Made by a program: the position numbers and the translations under genes
Source of the DNA: a virus
Taxonomy: Duplodnaviria; Caudoviricetes
IMG/VR virus record: IMGVR_UViG_3300032258_000005
Location: 1-44,026 of that record
Length of the DNA: 44,026 nt
Reading direction: 5' to 3' (one strand)
The notes under the pieces: model-generated
What the model was told of the DNA's origin: nothing
The model's input: only the letters and a program-made list of their open reading frames with translations
Databases searched by the model: none
Shown here: in pieces, positions 19,105 to 28,626 of the stretch
Numbering within the stretch: the stretch's first letter is position 1
Layout: each line of letters starts with the position of its first letter

Positions 19105-19518
19105 TTAACTTGTAGGGGCGGCGCGTACGAAAGGGTAGCTAATCACCTGAAGCGCAGAGGTTAGCAAGGGGATGTAGTCCTCCGGGTAGCCCCCCTCGTC
19201 CTCCCAGTGCTTTGGTAGCTTGCTCAACTGCATGGCATTGAATGTGATGTGATCCGAGATAATGCGCTCGATAGGGGCGAACGCGTCGCCATCCAAAAAG
19301 CTCATATCATTGCGCTGCATCGCCGGGCCTACTGACGTCATGAACGCAAACACGGCGCGCCGGTCTCGGTGCACCATCGTCAAGAACTTGTAGTCACGCC
19401 CGTTAACGGTCGCTACCTTGTCCTCGTAAATCTGCTTAATCATCGCCCTGGCCGCGGCGGCTTTCTCCGCCGGGGTGCCATTGGCTGCTAAGTCGTGTAG
19501 CCCCTCGCTGCTCATCAT
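19105..19518 (-). CDS. Tail assembly chaperone
   Basis: Located between tube and tape measure; slippery site near the 3' end. Confidence 0.8.
   Translation of the reverse strand: MMSSEGLHDLAANGTPAEKAAAARAMIKQIYEDKVATVNGRDYKFLTMVHRDRRAVFAFMTSVGPAMQRNDMSFLDGDAFAPIERIISDHITFNAMQLSKLPKHWEDEGGYPEDYIPLLTSALQVISYPFVRAAPTS
19129..19135 (-). other. -1 ribosomal frameshift heptamer C CCT TTC
   Basis: X XXY YYZ pattern in the chaperone reading frame; the -1 frame is open into 18893-19030. Confidence 0.75.
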
Positions 19519-19943
19519 AGATTCCTCGACGCGTTGCGGAATCGAAACGTGTACTCCATCATCGCGTTGCCGTCGGTGTTGTTGTGCGTTTCAACGGGGC
19601 GCTTGGTGATAGTACCGTTCTCGAGGATGTAGGTCGCTACGCTGTCCACGCCGTCCTTGACGAACGCTGTCTTAGCCGACCCGTTAAGCACGACCGGCGT
19701 AGCCTGGTTGATGTGGCTGTTGAGGCGCACGTCGTCCGCGCCGAACTTGGACACGCGTGCGACCACGTCACACACGGAAGAATCAGCGCGCTTGTTAATA
19801 GATACCGCGTTGCCCGCGTGGTTAACGTGGCTCGTCAACTCGTTGGGGAACGTAAAAGTCAGGTAGTCCCCCGCCGCGAACGTCGTAAAAGGGGAGCCGT
19901 TTAGGATAAATGTAGTGTCGTCGGTCTGTACCATCTGTGCCAT
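19515..19943 (-). CDS. Tail tube protein
   Basis: 142-aa beta-rich ORF directly after the sheath. Confidence 0.82.
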   Translation of the reverse strand: MAQMVQTDDTTFILNGSPFTTFAAGDYLTFTFPNELTSHVNHAGNAVSINKRADSSVCDVVARVSKFGADDVRLNSHINQATPVVLNGSAKTAFVKDGVDSVATYILENGTITKRPVETHNNTDGNAMMEYTFRFRNASRNL

Positions 19944-19954
19944 TGTCCGCGCCC

Positions 19955-21451
19955 CTATACGTTAAAGTTGATAATGGTATCGGCGCTGTGTATCGCGCCC
20001 GCGCCTTTCACGGCCACCTGTATCACGGTCGACTTACGCGCTAAGCGGTCCGCGTCCGATTGGTTCTCCAGCAATCCGGCGAGCACGTAGTACCCTAGTG
20101 ACTCGACCGAGCGCTTGAGCGTTTCCACGTCCCCGAACGAGTCGGAGCTGGTCCACGTGCCTGGCGCAAATACCGCCGCGTTAACGAACCCGCGCGTAGT
20201 GCCCTCTATGCTGTCCACCAGCTCCTGCGTACCTGGGTCGGTCTGGTTGACCTTAGTGCTGGTGCCTTTCAGCACGTTGAACGTGTCTATCTTGACCGCG
20301 TTTATATACCCTAACAGGTTGTAACGCTCATCCGTAAAGCCATTCTCGCCGCTGCACAACACGGAGGGCGTGCCCCCTACGTCGGTGTACACATCCAGTC
20401 CGACGGCGAAAGCCTTGTCAAGCGTGGTGTCGTCGTACTCCTCGGAGGGTACCGACAGCGTTTTGAGGTGCATCGTTAGCGCCGAGTTAGCAGCGCCAAA
20501 ATTAACAGTGTGGGCGCGTGCCATGTACGACGCCGCTAGCGCGCGGTTCCCCGCCGCGCTATACAGCATCCGGTAGCTCGTTTGGCCCGCTAGCTTAATC
20601 GTCCACACCGGGTTAGCCGGGTCGATCTCGAGATTAGTCGGGTCGGTGAATACATCGTACCCCAGCACGCCGTTAGCCTGCGACCAAGAGGCGAGCGCCT
20701 CGCTTTCCGCGTCGCTCGTGGCGTCCACGAAACAAAATCCTTTGATAGCGACTTCGGCGGCCACCGCTGCAATAGCAGCCGATTTAGTTTCGAGCGCGAG
20801 CACGTCACTAGCCGCGCCCTGCACCGTCACCGCGCCCGTACCCGCCGCCCAGCCCAGCAACACGCCGAGGTATACGCCGGTGGCGGGGTCTGTGGTAAAC
20901 GTCATTAAACTTGTCGCGCCGGTCGTGTCGCTCGTCACGATTAAACGCTGGTCGACGTGCGTAACCGTGCCGCCCGTAATGGCCGCAGACAGTACAGTAG
21001 CTAGTCCGTCCATACTAGTCACCGTGCGCAAGTCCAACGCCGTTACGTTGGTCGTGGTGGCGTCGACGGTTATATCAAACGAACCGTCGGCGATGGCTTG
21101 CAGCTGCGGGATTAGTGACGCTTCGCTGAGCTGCGGGCTGGTGAGCGTTGCCGCCGTCGCCGCGACCGTTTCGGACGCGGCGCGGTAGAAGCCCACGACT
21201 AGTACCCCGCCCGCGTTAACCGGGTTAGGGGACGTACCGAAGTAAGCCTCCGCGAACGCGGTAACGCCCGCCGCGGAACCGAACGCGGTCGCCACGCTTG
21301 CGGAGTCGCGGTACAGCTCGTAGCGGTTCGCTGTGCTAATCGGCCCGGTTTGCTGCGACGTCATAATGGCCGTCACATTCATGTTGTCACGCGCGGCTAG
21401 CGGGCCGGCTTGCAACAACGATACGTTAATAACGCGGCTAGCGTCTGCCAT
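19955..21451 (-). CDS. Tail sheath protein (DUF3383-like)
   Basis: ~500 aa; SRVINVS start; KVNQTDPG; C-terminal GAIHSADTIIN. Confidence 0.9.
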   Translation of the reverse strand: MADASRVINVSLLQAGPLAARDNMNVTAIMTSQQTGPISTANRYELYRDSASVATAFGSAAGVTAFAEAYFGTSPNPVNAGGVLVVGFYRAASETVAATAATLTSPQLSEASLIPQLQAIADGSFDITVDATTTNVTALDLRTVTSMDGLATVLSAAITGGTVTHVDQRLIVTSDTTGATSLMTFTTDPATGVYLGVLLGWAAGTGAVTVQGAASDVLALETKSAAIAAVAAEVAIKGFCFVDATSDAESEALASWSQANGVLGYDVFTDPTNLEIDPANPVWTIKLAGQTSYRMLYSAAGNRALAASYMARAHTVNFGAANSALTMHLKTLSVPSEEYDDTTLDKAFAVGLDVYTDVGGTPSVLCSGENGFTDERYNLLGYINAVKIDTFNVLKGTSTKVNQTDPGTQELVDSIEGTTRGFVNAAVFAPGTWTSSDSFGDVETLKRSVESLGYYVLAGLLENQSDADRLARKSTVIQVAVKGAGAIHSADTIINFNV

Positions 21452-21942
21452 TACTCGATTCCTTTTTCGGTTTGTATCTCAATTTGAGCGGTGTCGATGC
21501 GTAACGCGTCGACCGTAACGCTCGTGCTGTAGGTAACGGTAACGGTTACCTGTACCCGCTCGCCGTACTGTTGGCCTGTAAGCGCTTTTAAATCTACTAT
21601 GCTACTCGGCTGGTTGATACCCAGCTTCAGCGCGCGCCGCAGTTCAAGCGCGGCCTGCGTGCGGTGCAGGCCCGCGAACAGCTCCGCCCTATCTTGCGCG
21701 CCCGTGCCGTAAAAATCAATCGTAACGGGGCCTTGCCACCGCGTGGAGTATGTAACTCGCTCCGCCACATCGTCAAAACGCGCACCCTGATCGATGCGCA
21801 ACGCGGCCCCGAGGTTGTCGACAACAATATAGCCAAGCGTGAAATCTTCGCGCTCGACGTTAAGCCGCCCCCGCACGATCAGCTGTTCGTCGTAGCCCAG
21901 CACGTCGCGTATGTACCGCGACACGTCGACCAGTACGCTCAT
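21451..21942 (-). CDS. Tail terminator / neck protein
   Basis: VTIDFYG motif; position before the sheath. Confidence 0.75.
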   Translation of the reverse strand: MSVLVDVSRYIRDVLGYDEQLIVRGRLNVEREDFTLGYIVVDNLGAALRIDQGARFDDVAERVTYSTRWQGPVTIDFYGTGAQDRAELFAGLHRTQAALELRRALKLGINQPSSIVDLKALTGQQYGERVQVTVTVTYSTSVTVDALRIDTAQIEIQTEKGIE

Positions 21943-22271
21943 TTAACTTGTTCCGCGACTGCGGACGTGAATCCGAATTGAGCGTACGGCCCTGCTTTAA
22001 CCACCTTGTAGTCAGCCCCGCCCCACTCGATGAGTTCGCCGTTGGACACGGTGTCCGGCGTCAATATGTGCGCGAGCTGATACGCCAGTTTATAATCGAC
22101 CTCCACGCCTTTTAGGTCGGTAGTCGTTGCGGGCTGCACGGTGCCGTACACCGTACGCGTTGCCGTCGTATCCGCGTTAACGAAATCAACAGTTTTACGC
22201 GTAACGGTCTTGACGACTATCGGCCCCGCGTCGTCCGCGATGGCGTCCTGCATGTCCATGTCGTCCCACAT
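21939..22271 (-). CDS. Head closure / head-tail adaptor
   Basis: GTVQP...IEWGGADYKVV; position. Confidence 0.7.
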   Translation of the reverse strand: MWDDMDMQDAIADDAGPIVVKTVTRKTVDFVNADTTATRTVYGTVQPATTTDLKGVEVDYKLAYQLAHILTPDTVSNGELIEWGGADYKVVKAGPYAQFGFTSAVAEQVK

Positions 22272-22272
22272 A

Positions 22273-22737
22273 CTAGCCCCTGATCGCCCATGTTATCGAG
22301 CCGCGCAGTATGCCGGTGTCAATAAGCGTCTGCGTGCTACCCTTGGCCGCGGCGGTTTCAGCCGCGATTGGTTGCCACTCGCCGTAACCCAGGGACGTAA
22401 AAGCGCCCTTGCTGATGTTGGTAGCCAGCGCGCCGATGCGCCCGAGTGCCGCGTCTGCGGATATCGTACCCGACGTAGCCCCCTCAAATTGCGCGGCTAT
22501 CCCTGCGTTTAATTCGGTGCGCTTAACGCGAAACGGGGTACGCAAAAAAGAGCGCTGCGGCAAACCGTCCACCCCGTACTCATGCCCCGCGCCTACCGAA
22601 ATTATAGTGTTACCGTCCCCGTAAACCTTGCCGCCCACCTCTTCTGCGGGTAGGCCCACAAACACTGCTTTGCTTTTCAGCGCGCGCATCTGCTCGGCCA
22701 TGTGTAAAGTCCGCTTGAGTGCGTCGGCTGGCTTCAT
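22273..22737 (-). CDS. Neck / tail completion protein
   Basis: VFVGLP, HEYG...PQRSFLR, KGS..TLIDTG.LR.SI. Confidence 0.82.
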   Translation of the reverse strand: MKPADALKRTLHMAEQMRALKSKAVFVGLPAEEVGGKVYGDGNTIISVGAGHEYGVDGLPQRSFLRTPFRVKRTELNAGIAAQFEGATSGTISADAALGRIGALATNISKGAFTSLGYGEWQPIAAETAAAKGSTQTLIDTGILRGSITWAIRG

Positions 22738-23090
22738 GCGGGCCGTGGCCCGTAGTTGCTGGCCGTGAGCAGTAAAAAGCGCTGCCCGTATGCCGTAGTG
22801 CTAAAAAATGCGTGCTGTACGTCCATAGCGCCGCCCGCCTCGTAACTGGTGGACACGCCGCCCACGCTGCGGCTCGACACATTGCGCACCGATGTTTTAG
22901 CGCGGCGTAGCTCTAGCATGATGAGGTGCGCGAGTAGGTTTAAAATTATCTCGCGCGTGGCGTCGTCGGCCGGATCGTACGGGCTGCCATAGTACCTCAG
23001 CAACTCCGGCTCGTAGATCAGCACAAACTTGTCTACGTCCGGCGCTGTAAACTCACTAAAGCGGCGCCTAAAATCGTTAGCTAGTGACAT
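22734..23090 (-). CDS. Head-tail connector (DUF4054-like)
   Basis: FRRRFSEF, LLAHL, SRSVGGVSTSY, TAYGQRFL. Confidence 0.85.
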   Translation of the reverse strand: MSLANDFRRRFSEFTAPDVDKFVLIYEPELLRYYGSPYDPADDATREIILNLLAHLIMLELRRAKTSVRNVSSRSVGGVSTSYEAGGAMDVQHAFFSTTAYGQRFLLLTASNYGPRPA

Positions 23091-23328
23091 GTGTCAGGAT
23101 TTTTAACTTGAGCATACGTGCAACCTGCGCCTGCACTTTCTTGTCGTCCTGCTCCAGCTGAGTAAGCGTGATACTCTTGCCCACAGGCACGACACGCGCG
23201 CCCACTTGTCGCGGGTTGCTGGACGCGTTAGTGTACGTGTGTTCCGCTGCTTTAGCGTCAACGGCGGTCGTGGCCGAGGCTGCCAACGCGTCTAGGTCTG
23301 TTTCGGGTGTCTTTTTAGGGGTAGCCAT
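23077..23328 (-). CDS. Hypothetical virion-associated protein
   Basis: GGAG RBS; directly after the capsid gene. Confidence 0.7.
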   Translation of the reverse strand: MATPKKTPETDLDALAASATTAVDAKAAEHTYTNASSNPRQVGARVVPVGKSITLTQLEQDDKKVQAQVARMLKLKILTHVTS

Positions 23329-23376
23329 GCGGCGAATCTCCAGTGATTAGGGTGGCCCGTCCGTGGGCCGAGGGAT

Positions 23377-24345
23377 TTATAGGTCTGTTACGATGTAGCC
23401 CGCCGAGTCCTCAAACACATCGAGGCCGGCGATCCGATACATCGAATCGAACGTGAACTTGAACGATGAAGGTTTGATCACCTCACCTAGCACTAGGGGC
23501 TGCGGGATGCGCATCTTCATGGCGTCGTCGCTGTTGTTGTAAAACACCGAGTGCGATACGCCCGCGCCGCCCGCGTCGCTAGCGCGAAAAGTGCCGTTGA
23601 ACGAGATGCCCGGGTAGTTGGATTTGAGCGCGGCCAGCACCGTTTTAGAGTCCGCCGCAGTGTTAAGCATCTTAGTGTTAAGCGCGTTAAGCACGTACAC
23701 CGGCATGTCCCAGCGCGTACCCATGTATTCGGGTGTGTTGTTGACTGCGTTATGCTGCGCGTTCATCGCCGCCGAAAACTCGTCATACATCTGTTGCCCG
23801 GTAAGTGTACCGATAGCGCCCGCCGCCGCAACCGCGGTAAAGCCGCCGTAGTTGAGCAGGCCAAACGACGTAGCGATGTCCGGATTGCCGAGCAAGCCGA
23901 TCAGATCGATCTCTTGCATGTACTTTTTGTTGTGCGCGCGTATGTACTCAGTCGGCAGATTGCGGTTCGCAAGGTTCGCCTGTGCGATCTGCGTGCTAGT
24001 CCATTCGGACGTTGCGGCGCGTTCGATTACGCCGATCAAAGAGTCTTCAGCGGTCAAGCTGATGATGCCCTTGGCGCCTGATTTGTCCTTGACGTTCTTG
24101 AACCCACCCTGATCGGCGGTTCGTAACGTCTGGATATGCTCAGCCGCGCCGCCCGAGTTATCGACCGAGATACCCGAATTCACAAAGATTAGTTCGGGGT
24201 ACTTCGCTTCTAGAATCTTCGGGTCGATGGCCGTTAACTGGCGCGCCAATAGTACGCCGGACTCGGCATCCGCAAAGCCCGGCGCGGTGCCCGACTGCAT
24301 AAACGCACTGATGTGCGGCTTACTGTACAAATTCTCTATCCGCAT
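23377..24345 (-). CDS. Major capsid protein (DUF2184-like, HK97 fold)
   Basis: LARQLTAIDPKILEAKYPEL, GLLN; 322 aa; position. Confidence 0.9.
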   Translation of the reverse strand: MRIENLYSKPHISAFMQSGTAPGFADAESGVLLARQLTAIDPKILEAKYPELIFVNSGISVDNSGGAAEHIQTLRTADQGGFKNVKDKSGAKGIISLTAEDSLIGVIERAATSEWTSTQIAQANLANRNLPTEYIRAHNKKYMQEIDLIGLLGNPDIATSFGLLNYGGFTAVAAAGAIGTLTGQQMYDEFSAAMNAQHNAVNNTPEYMGTRWDMPVYVLNALNTKMLNTAADSKTVLAALKSNYPGISFNGTFRASDAGGAGVSHSVFYNNSDDAMKMRIPQPLVLGEVIKPSSFKFTFDSMYRIAGLDVFEDSAGYIVTDL

Positions 24346-24349
24346 TTTG

Positions 24350-24805
24350 TTACACTCCGTTAAACAGGTTAACCAACCACACGTCGGTCTTAACCTCGTG
24401 TATAAACTCCGCGTTGACCGCTACGCCGCCGGTCGCCAGTGCTTTGCCTGCGTTCGCGTCCGCTACATTATGTACGGACACCGCACCGAACTGTACCGGC
24501 GTTTGGCCCGTGACGACCTCGACCGTTACCAGCCCTTCGCGCTTGTATTCGATTTGTTGATGGATCGACGCATCAATCGTGCCGCCCTCCTCGATTGCGC
24601 CCACTACGTTGCGCAGTACCACGCCCGCGATAACCGGCGTTACAGACGCGTCGAGGTTGTCGATGCTGCCCGCGTCGAGCTTGGCGAATCGGCCAACGAC
24701 TAGGCCGTCCTCGAATACGTCAGCGGTTAATGTCAGGCCGTCGGTGCCGCCTTGGCCGCCGCCGACGGGTGCAATTTCGTCTAGTCGTGGGTTAGTAAAT
24801 GACAC
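24350..24805 (-). CDS. Capsid decoration / cement protein
   Basis: Between scaffold/protease and MCP; beta-rich. Confidence 0.75.
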   Translation of the reverse strand: MSFTNPRLDEIAPVGGGQGGTDGLTLTADVFEDGLVVGRFAKLDAGSIDNLDASVTPVIAGVVLRNVVGAIEEGGTIDASIHQQIEYKREGLVTVEVVTGQTPVQFGAVSVHNVADANAGKALATGGVAVNAEFIHEVKTDVWLVNLFNGV

Positions 24806-24807
24806 CG

Positions 24808-25920
24808 TTATAGCTCCTTCTCAAATGTTTCGTCGAGTGATGATTTTGCGCCCTTATCTGCGAACTCTTTATATCGTGACTCCGCTTTACGCAGTAGTTT
24901 AAACGCCAGCGGCACCTCCGCGTCGCTGAACGTATCGCTGCACTGAGTAGCGAGCGCGGCGCGCATTACGCCCATCGTATCCACATCTTTGAACGAGTGG
25001 CCTGCCGGCATATACTCGCGCGCTTTTTCTATCGCTTCGCCGTGCAGTAGGATGGCCTTGGCGGTCGCCGCCGCGTCGGAGAACTTCTTATCGTCCTCCT
25101 CGGCCTTGGTGCTGGGTGACTCGTCCTCTAACTCCGGCGTAGTCGGATCGTCCGTCGGCTTTTCGTCCGACGCGGGTTCTTCCGGTGCCGGACTAGCGCC
25201 CGACACGGACTCAATGACAGCAGCGATTTTAGCGAGCGGCGCGCTAAGCGCGGAAAGCTGGTCTACCGGTATCTCTTTAAGCGCGTCCGGCAGGGATGCG
25301 ACTAGCGACACGATTTGCTGTATCGACAGTTTGCCCTCCGCGTCCGTAAACTCTTTGGGGTGCTTCATAGGGGGCTTATCCTCTTTGGTATTTGGTTCTT
25401 CGGGTAGTGCATCCAGAAACGAGCAGGACGAGCCGCAGCGCCCGCGCTGCACCACCGCTAGATGGTGGGGCACGATGTCGCGCTGCTCAAAGTCGTATTT
25501 CGGGTGTGGCACCAGCTGTGCGCGGTACCCTAGCGACAATTCGCGCTTGCCAGCGTCTACCACCGCGCGTAGCGTGTCGGCTATGTCGAGTTGATTTAGC
25601 ACAGCGACGGATGCGCCCGTGGAGTCGTCAAACGCGTCTATCATCTTACTAGACGAGACGACGCCGCCGCCCTCAGGCGCATCCGTGCCGATGTCGACAT
25701 GGTCATCCGTAACGGGCAGGCCCGACATGGCGTGCGCCACGTTAGCGATAGTCGCAGGGCTGCGGTACACGGTGTAGTATTGATCCGGGGCCAACGCGAC
25801 CATACTCGGGTCGAGTTCGCTGCCCAGGTATTTTATCGTGCCGTCGCGCACCGTCCGCGCTGTCTTAGCGACAGGGTCGAACGGTACCGCGTCGTTAAAA
25901 TGTCCGTTATACGTAGTCAT
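24808..25920 (-). CDS. Head maturation protease/scaffold (DUF2213-like)
   Basis: VYRSP, PVTDDH, GKRELSLGY, HHLAVVQRGRCG with an acidic C-terminal scaffold. Start at 25920 or 25926. Confidence 0.9.
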   Translation of the reverse strand: MTTYNGHFNDAVPFDPVAKTARTVRDGTIKYLGSELDPSMVALAPDQYYTVYRSPATIANVAHAMSGLPVTDDHVDIGTDAPEGGGVVSSSKMIDAFDDSTGASVAVLNQLDIADTLRAVVDAGKRELSLGYRAQLVPHPKYDFEQRDIVPHHLAVVQRGRCGSSCSFLDALPEEPNTKEDKPPMKHPKEFTDAEGKLSIQQIVSLVASLPDALKEIPVDQLSALSAPLAKIAAVIESVSGASPAPEEPASDEKPTDDPTTPELEDESPSTKAEEDDKKFSDAAATAKAILLHGEAIEKAREYMPAGHSFKDVDTMGVMRAALATQCSDTFSDAEVPLAFKLLRKAESRYKEFADKGAKSSLDETFEKEL

Positions 25921-25927
25921 ACGCATA

Positions 25928-25957
25928 ATGGTAGGCCCCGCGCCACGCGCTTGTCAA
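25928..25957 (-). promoter_or_regulatory. Promoter, probably leaderless, for protease/capsid genes
   Basis: TTGACA-18nt-TACCAT, 7 nt before ATG 25920; no SD. Confidence 0.6.
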
Positions 25958-25978
25958 CGCAACCGACTGACGCGCCCG

Positions 25979-27241
25979 TTAGAACTTCTCGACGGTGCTA
26001 ATCACGTAGCTCACGTCGGAGCCGCCCGCGCTCTGCGCGCATATAAGATACTCGTTGCCGGGGAACATCGCACGTCCCCGGCGATCTAGCGAGCGGGTGG
26101 TCTGCCCGACCTTGCTGAGCAGCACCGACGCGACGGGGTACTCCCCTGGGTTGGGTGTGAACACCTGCGTGGCGGTGCTGAACTCCATGACGCTCGATTC
26201 GGTGTCACGGTCCGCATACCCTGTAAGCGGCGCGTCGAGCACGCCTTGCGATGCTGACCACAGCGTCACCAGTACCGCTTTCGCACCGTCCGCGCCGAAC
26301 TGGCCGTACGTCGCTTCCACGACGATATGATTATTTTTGCCCTTGTACGTCGCCTTGCTGCGCAGCCCTAGCAGTGTCTGCAATGGCTGTGACTGGGTGC
26401 TCCCCGTGATGCTGGTCTCCACGCCAACGTACTCGAATACGCGGTCAGCTAAGTTGCGCTCCTCCGATCCGGACGCCGACCCGGCGCGCCACGATCCGAA
26501 TTTGCAGCGCGCGTCCGCGCCCGCGCCGGCGGTGCGCTCGATGCAAGCGCATATCGGTAGACTGGGGTTGCCCAGGTGCGGCGTGTCCTGTATGTTCGCC
26601 ACCTCTTTGACGTGCGCCAATATCCAGCCGCGCTGGTAGCCCGCCCACACTGACAGCATAAGCGGGAGGCTGCCGTGCCACCCGTACGAGAGTTTGTATA
26701 TATTGGCCTTTTGCGGGTTCAGCTCAAATCCGCTGTTTTCTCCCCGTCCGTCCAGCCGGTCCGCCGCGAAAGCCGTGGAGGGCGTGAACTCCCAATCGCC
26801 CCCGCTGGACTGGAACCACACGCCAAACGCGCTAAGGCCGTCGTACCCTATCGCCCACCCGTCGGCCCCGTTGATAAGTCCCACCCGCTGTACCAGGTTC
26901 GCCTCCGGTTCGGCGAACACGTGCGATACTGCGGCTTGCATCTCGTGCCCGGCGCGGTACCGCACCGCGTTGATGCTCCCGACCTGCGCGAACCCAACGC
27001 CCGCGCCGGGGGATATGTACCCCATCGACCCGTCACGGCCTGCGTGCCCAGTACCTGTGAACGAAGTAAGCGTGTCGTACTCGTTCGGCCCGTACAGGAA
27101 ATTAACCGATACATTGTCCTCACGCGTGGCAACCTGTAGCTCGCCCGATATGGTAGCCATCGCCGATTTACCCTCGTTATCGATGGGCACGCGGGGCGCT
27201 TGTTGTGAGAGCGCTAGTTCTAATATGTTGTGCGGGTCCAT
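25979..27241 (-). CDS. Hypothetical beta-rich protein, possibly virion-associated
   Basis: Long ORF inside the head module; ATG 27241 with GAGG upstream. Confidence 0.7.
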   Translation of the reverse strand: MDPHNILELALSQQAPRVPIDNEGKSAMATISGELQVATREDNVSVNFLYGPNEYDTLTSFTGTGHAGRDGSMGYISPGAGVGFAQVGSINAVRYRAGHEMQAAVSHVFAEPEANLVQRVGLINGADGWAIGYDGLSAFGVWFQSSGGDWEFTPSTAFAADRLDGRGENSGFELNPQKANIYKLSYGWHGSLPLMLSVWAGYQRGWILAHVKEVANIQDTPHLGNPSLPICACIERTAGAGADARCKFGSWRAGSASGSEERNLADRVFEYVGVETSITGSTQSQPLQTLLGLRSKATYKGKNNHIVVEATYGQFGADGAKAVLVTLWSASQGVLDAPLTGYADRDTESSVMEFSTATQVFTPNPGEYPVASVLLSKVGQTTRSLDRRGRAMFPGNEYLICAQSAGGSDVSYVISTVEKF

Positions 27242-27243
27242 GG

Positions 27244-27543
27244 CTAGCGCCTCATACCCCTGCACTCATCAGGTGCGCTCGCGAAGCAAAGTTCTTTCCG
27301 GCCGCTGGCGTGGGTCCGTATCGTTACCGCGTCCCCGAAATAGACAGACGTTACGCCGTGCACCACGAATACCCCTTTTTCGGTGGTTACCCGCATCTGC
27401 GCCCAGGTGGCAAACGAAGCTTCTACGTGCTCCACGCTTACCACTTCCCCGGCGTCGCGCGTTGTGTATTCCGCCGCTTGTGCGGTGCCGGCGCACTCTG
27501 TTAGTGCTATCGCTACGAGTGGCCATAGAATCGTGTTTCGCAT
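27244..27543 (-). CDS. Hypothetical exported protein
   Basis: AAGGAG RBS; N-terminal signal-like segment ending AQA. Confidence 0.7.
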   Translation of the reverse strand: MRNTILWPLVAIALTECAGTAQAAEYTTRDAGEVVSVEHVEASFATWAQMRVTTEKGVFVVHGVTSVYFGDAVTIRTHASGRKELCFASAPDECRGMRR

Positions 27544-27560
27544 GTTCGATGCTCCTTTGC

Positions 27561-27637
27561 GTAAAATAATAGTTGACGCACGCGATAGTTAGTTTATAAT
27601 AGCTACAACATCAACGCAACGAGAGACTAAGACAATG
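27561..27637 (+). promoter_or_regulatory. 77-bp promoter + leader + start codon module, copy 2
   Basis: TTGACG (27573-27578)-16nt-TATAAT (27595-27600); near-identical to 7983-8059. Confidence 0.9.
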
Positions 27638-27865
27638 ATCAATTACAACACCGCACTTATCGCACTGTCAAATCTATCCCGCCAGCTAGACGCGTACGCG
27701 CAAGAGGCGTACGAGGCCGACGACGCCGAGGCAATGGCGGGTATCTGGCGCGCCCAGGACGCTATCACCGCCGCAAGCGCCGAGCTGGTTAAGCTGGACA
27801 ATGCGGCACTCGCTGCTGGCAATGGCCCCGCACCTGACCTGCTCGCCGGTTTCAGGGAAGGCTAG
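27635..27865 (+). CDS. Small helical hypothetical protein (moron, antisense to the head operon)
   Basis: Starts at the ATG of the promoter module. Confidence 0.75.
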   Translation: MINYNTALIALSNLSRQLDAYAQEAYEADDAEAMAGIWRAQDAITAASAELVKLDNAALAAGNGPAPDLLAGFREG

Positions 27866-28626
27866 GGCGTTGGTATCACAAATTCGTACGTGCATCGGCA
27901 CCCGTAATCGACGCCGGGTAGTAGCCACTTACCGTCGAGCGCGGAGTACAGGCCCTTATCGAGTTTAAATGTCTTGCCGTCGCGGTCCTGGTGCGAAGGG
28001 CGTACGCGGTCGCCGTCGCTTGAGTCGCGCCATATAGCTTCGGTTATCCCGACCGACTCGGAGCGCAGCTTAGACGCTACGCTGTTAAAATTGGCGATCT
28101 GCCCGCGCGCCACGGATTTTGCGTGGCCTTTGCGCTGCTCCACCAGCCCGTCGAAATCTGATAGCACGTCCCTTAGTGACCGGCCACTTTTCACCGCGTC
28201 CAGGCTGCGCTCGGTGTACGCCGCTAGTGTGTCGTCTCGCAGCTCGATAACCCACTGGGTCGTTTCGTCCATCAGCCGGTCGATATTGTCAAGCAGCGGT
28301 TTGTCCTTGCCGATCTCGGTAGTAGATAGCCCGATGCTCTCCAATATCAATTTACCCATCTGCGACCGGTTGCGGCGGTCCGTCTTGCGCAGCACATCAC
28401 GCACTAGCTTGGTTATGCGCGCGTCGCTGTACCGCGTTATGAGCGCGCGTCGCGTCTTGTCGGCGAGCGCTTTGTTAGCTTTGCTCGGGCCTGCATCCGC
28501 GAACGCCAGCCCGTTAATTAGTCCCGACTTAACCCCCGCGCCCAGCCCCGCGACCATCTGGGACAGTATGGCGGAGAGTTCGCGGACGTGCGCGGCGGGC
28601 GCGCGCGGTGGTCTAAAGCTGGCCAT
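27862..28626 (-). CDS. Head morphogenesis protein (Mu gpF / SPP1 gp7-like)
   Basis: W..S.D.DRVRPSH...DGK.F...PG.DYGCRC. Confidence 0.92.
   Translation of the reverse strand: MASFRPPRAPAAHVRELSAILSQMVAGLGAGVKSGLINGLAFADAGPSKANKALADKTRRALITRYSDARITKLVRDVLRKTDRRNRSQMGKLILESIGLSTTEIGKDKPLLDNIDRLMDETTQWVIELRDDTLAAYTERSLDAVKSGRSLRDVLSDFDGLVEQRKGHAKSVARGQIANFNSVASKLRSESVGITEAIWRDSSDGDRVRPSHQDRDGKTFKLDKGLYSALDGKWLLPGVDYGCRCTYEFVIPTP

Noticed and set aside
23354-23369. Rho-independent terminator after the capsid gene (GGCCC-6nt-GGGCC)
   Set aside because: Short stem without a U-tract; too weak to call.
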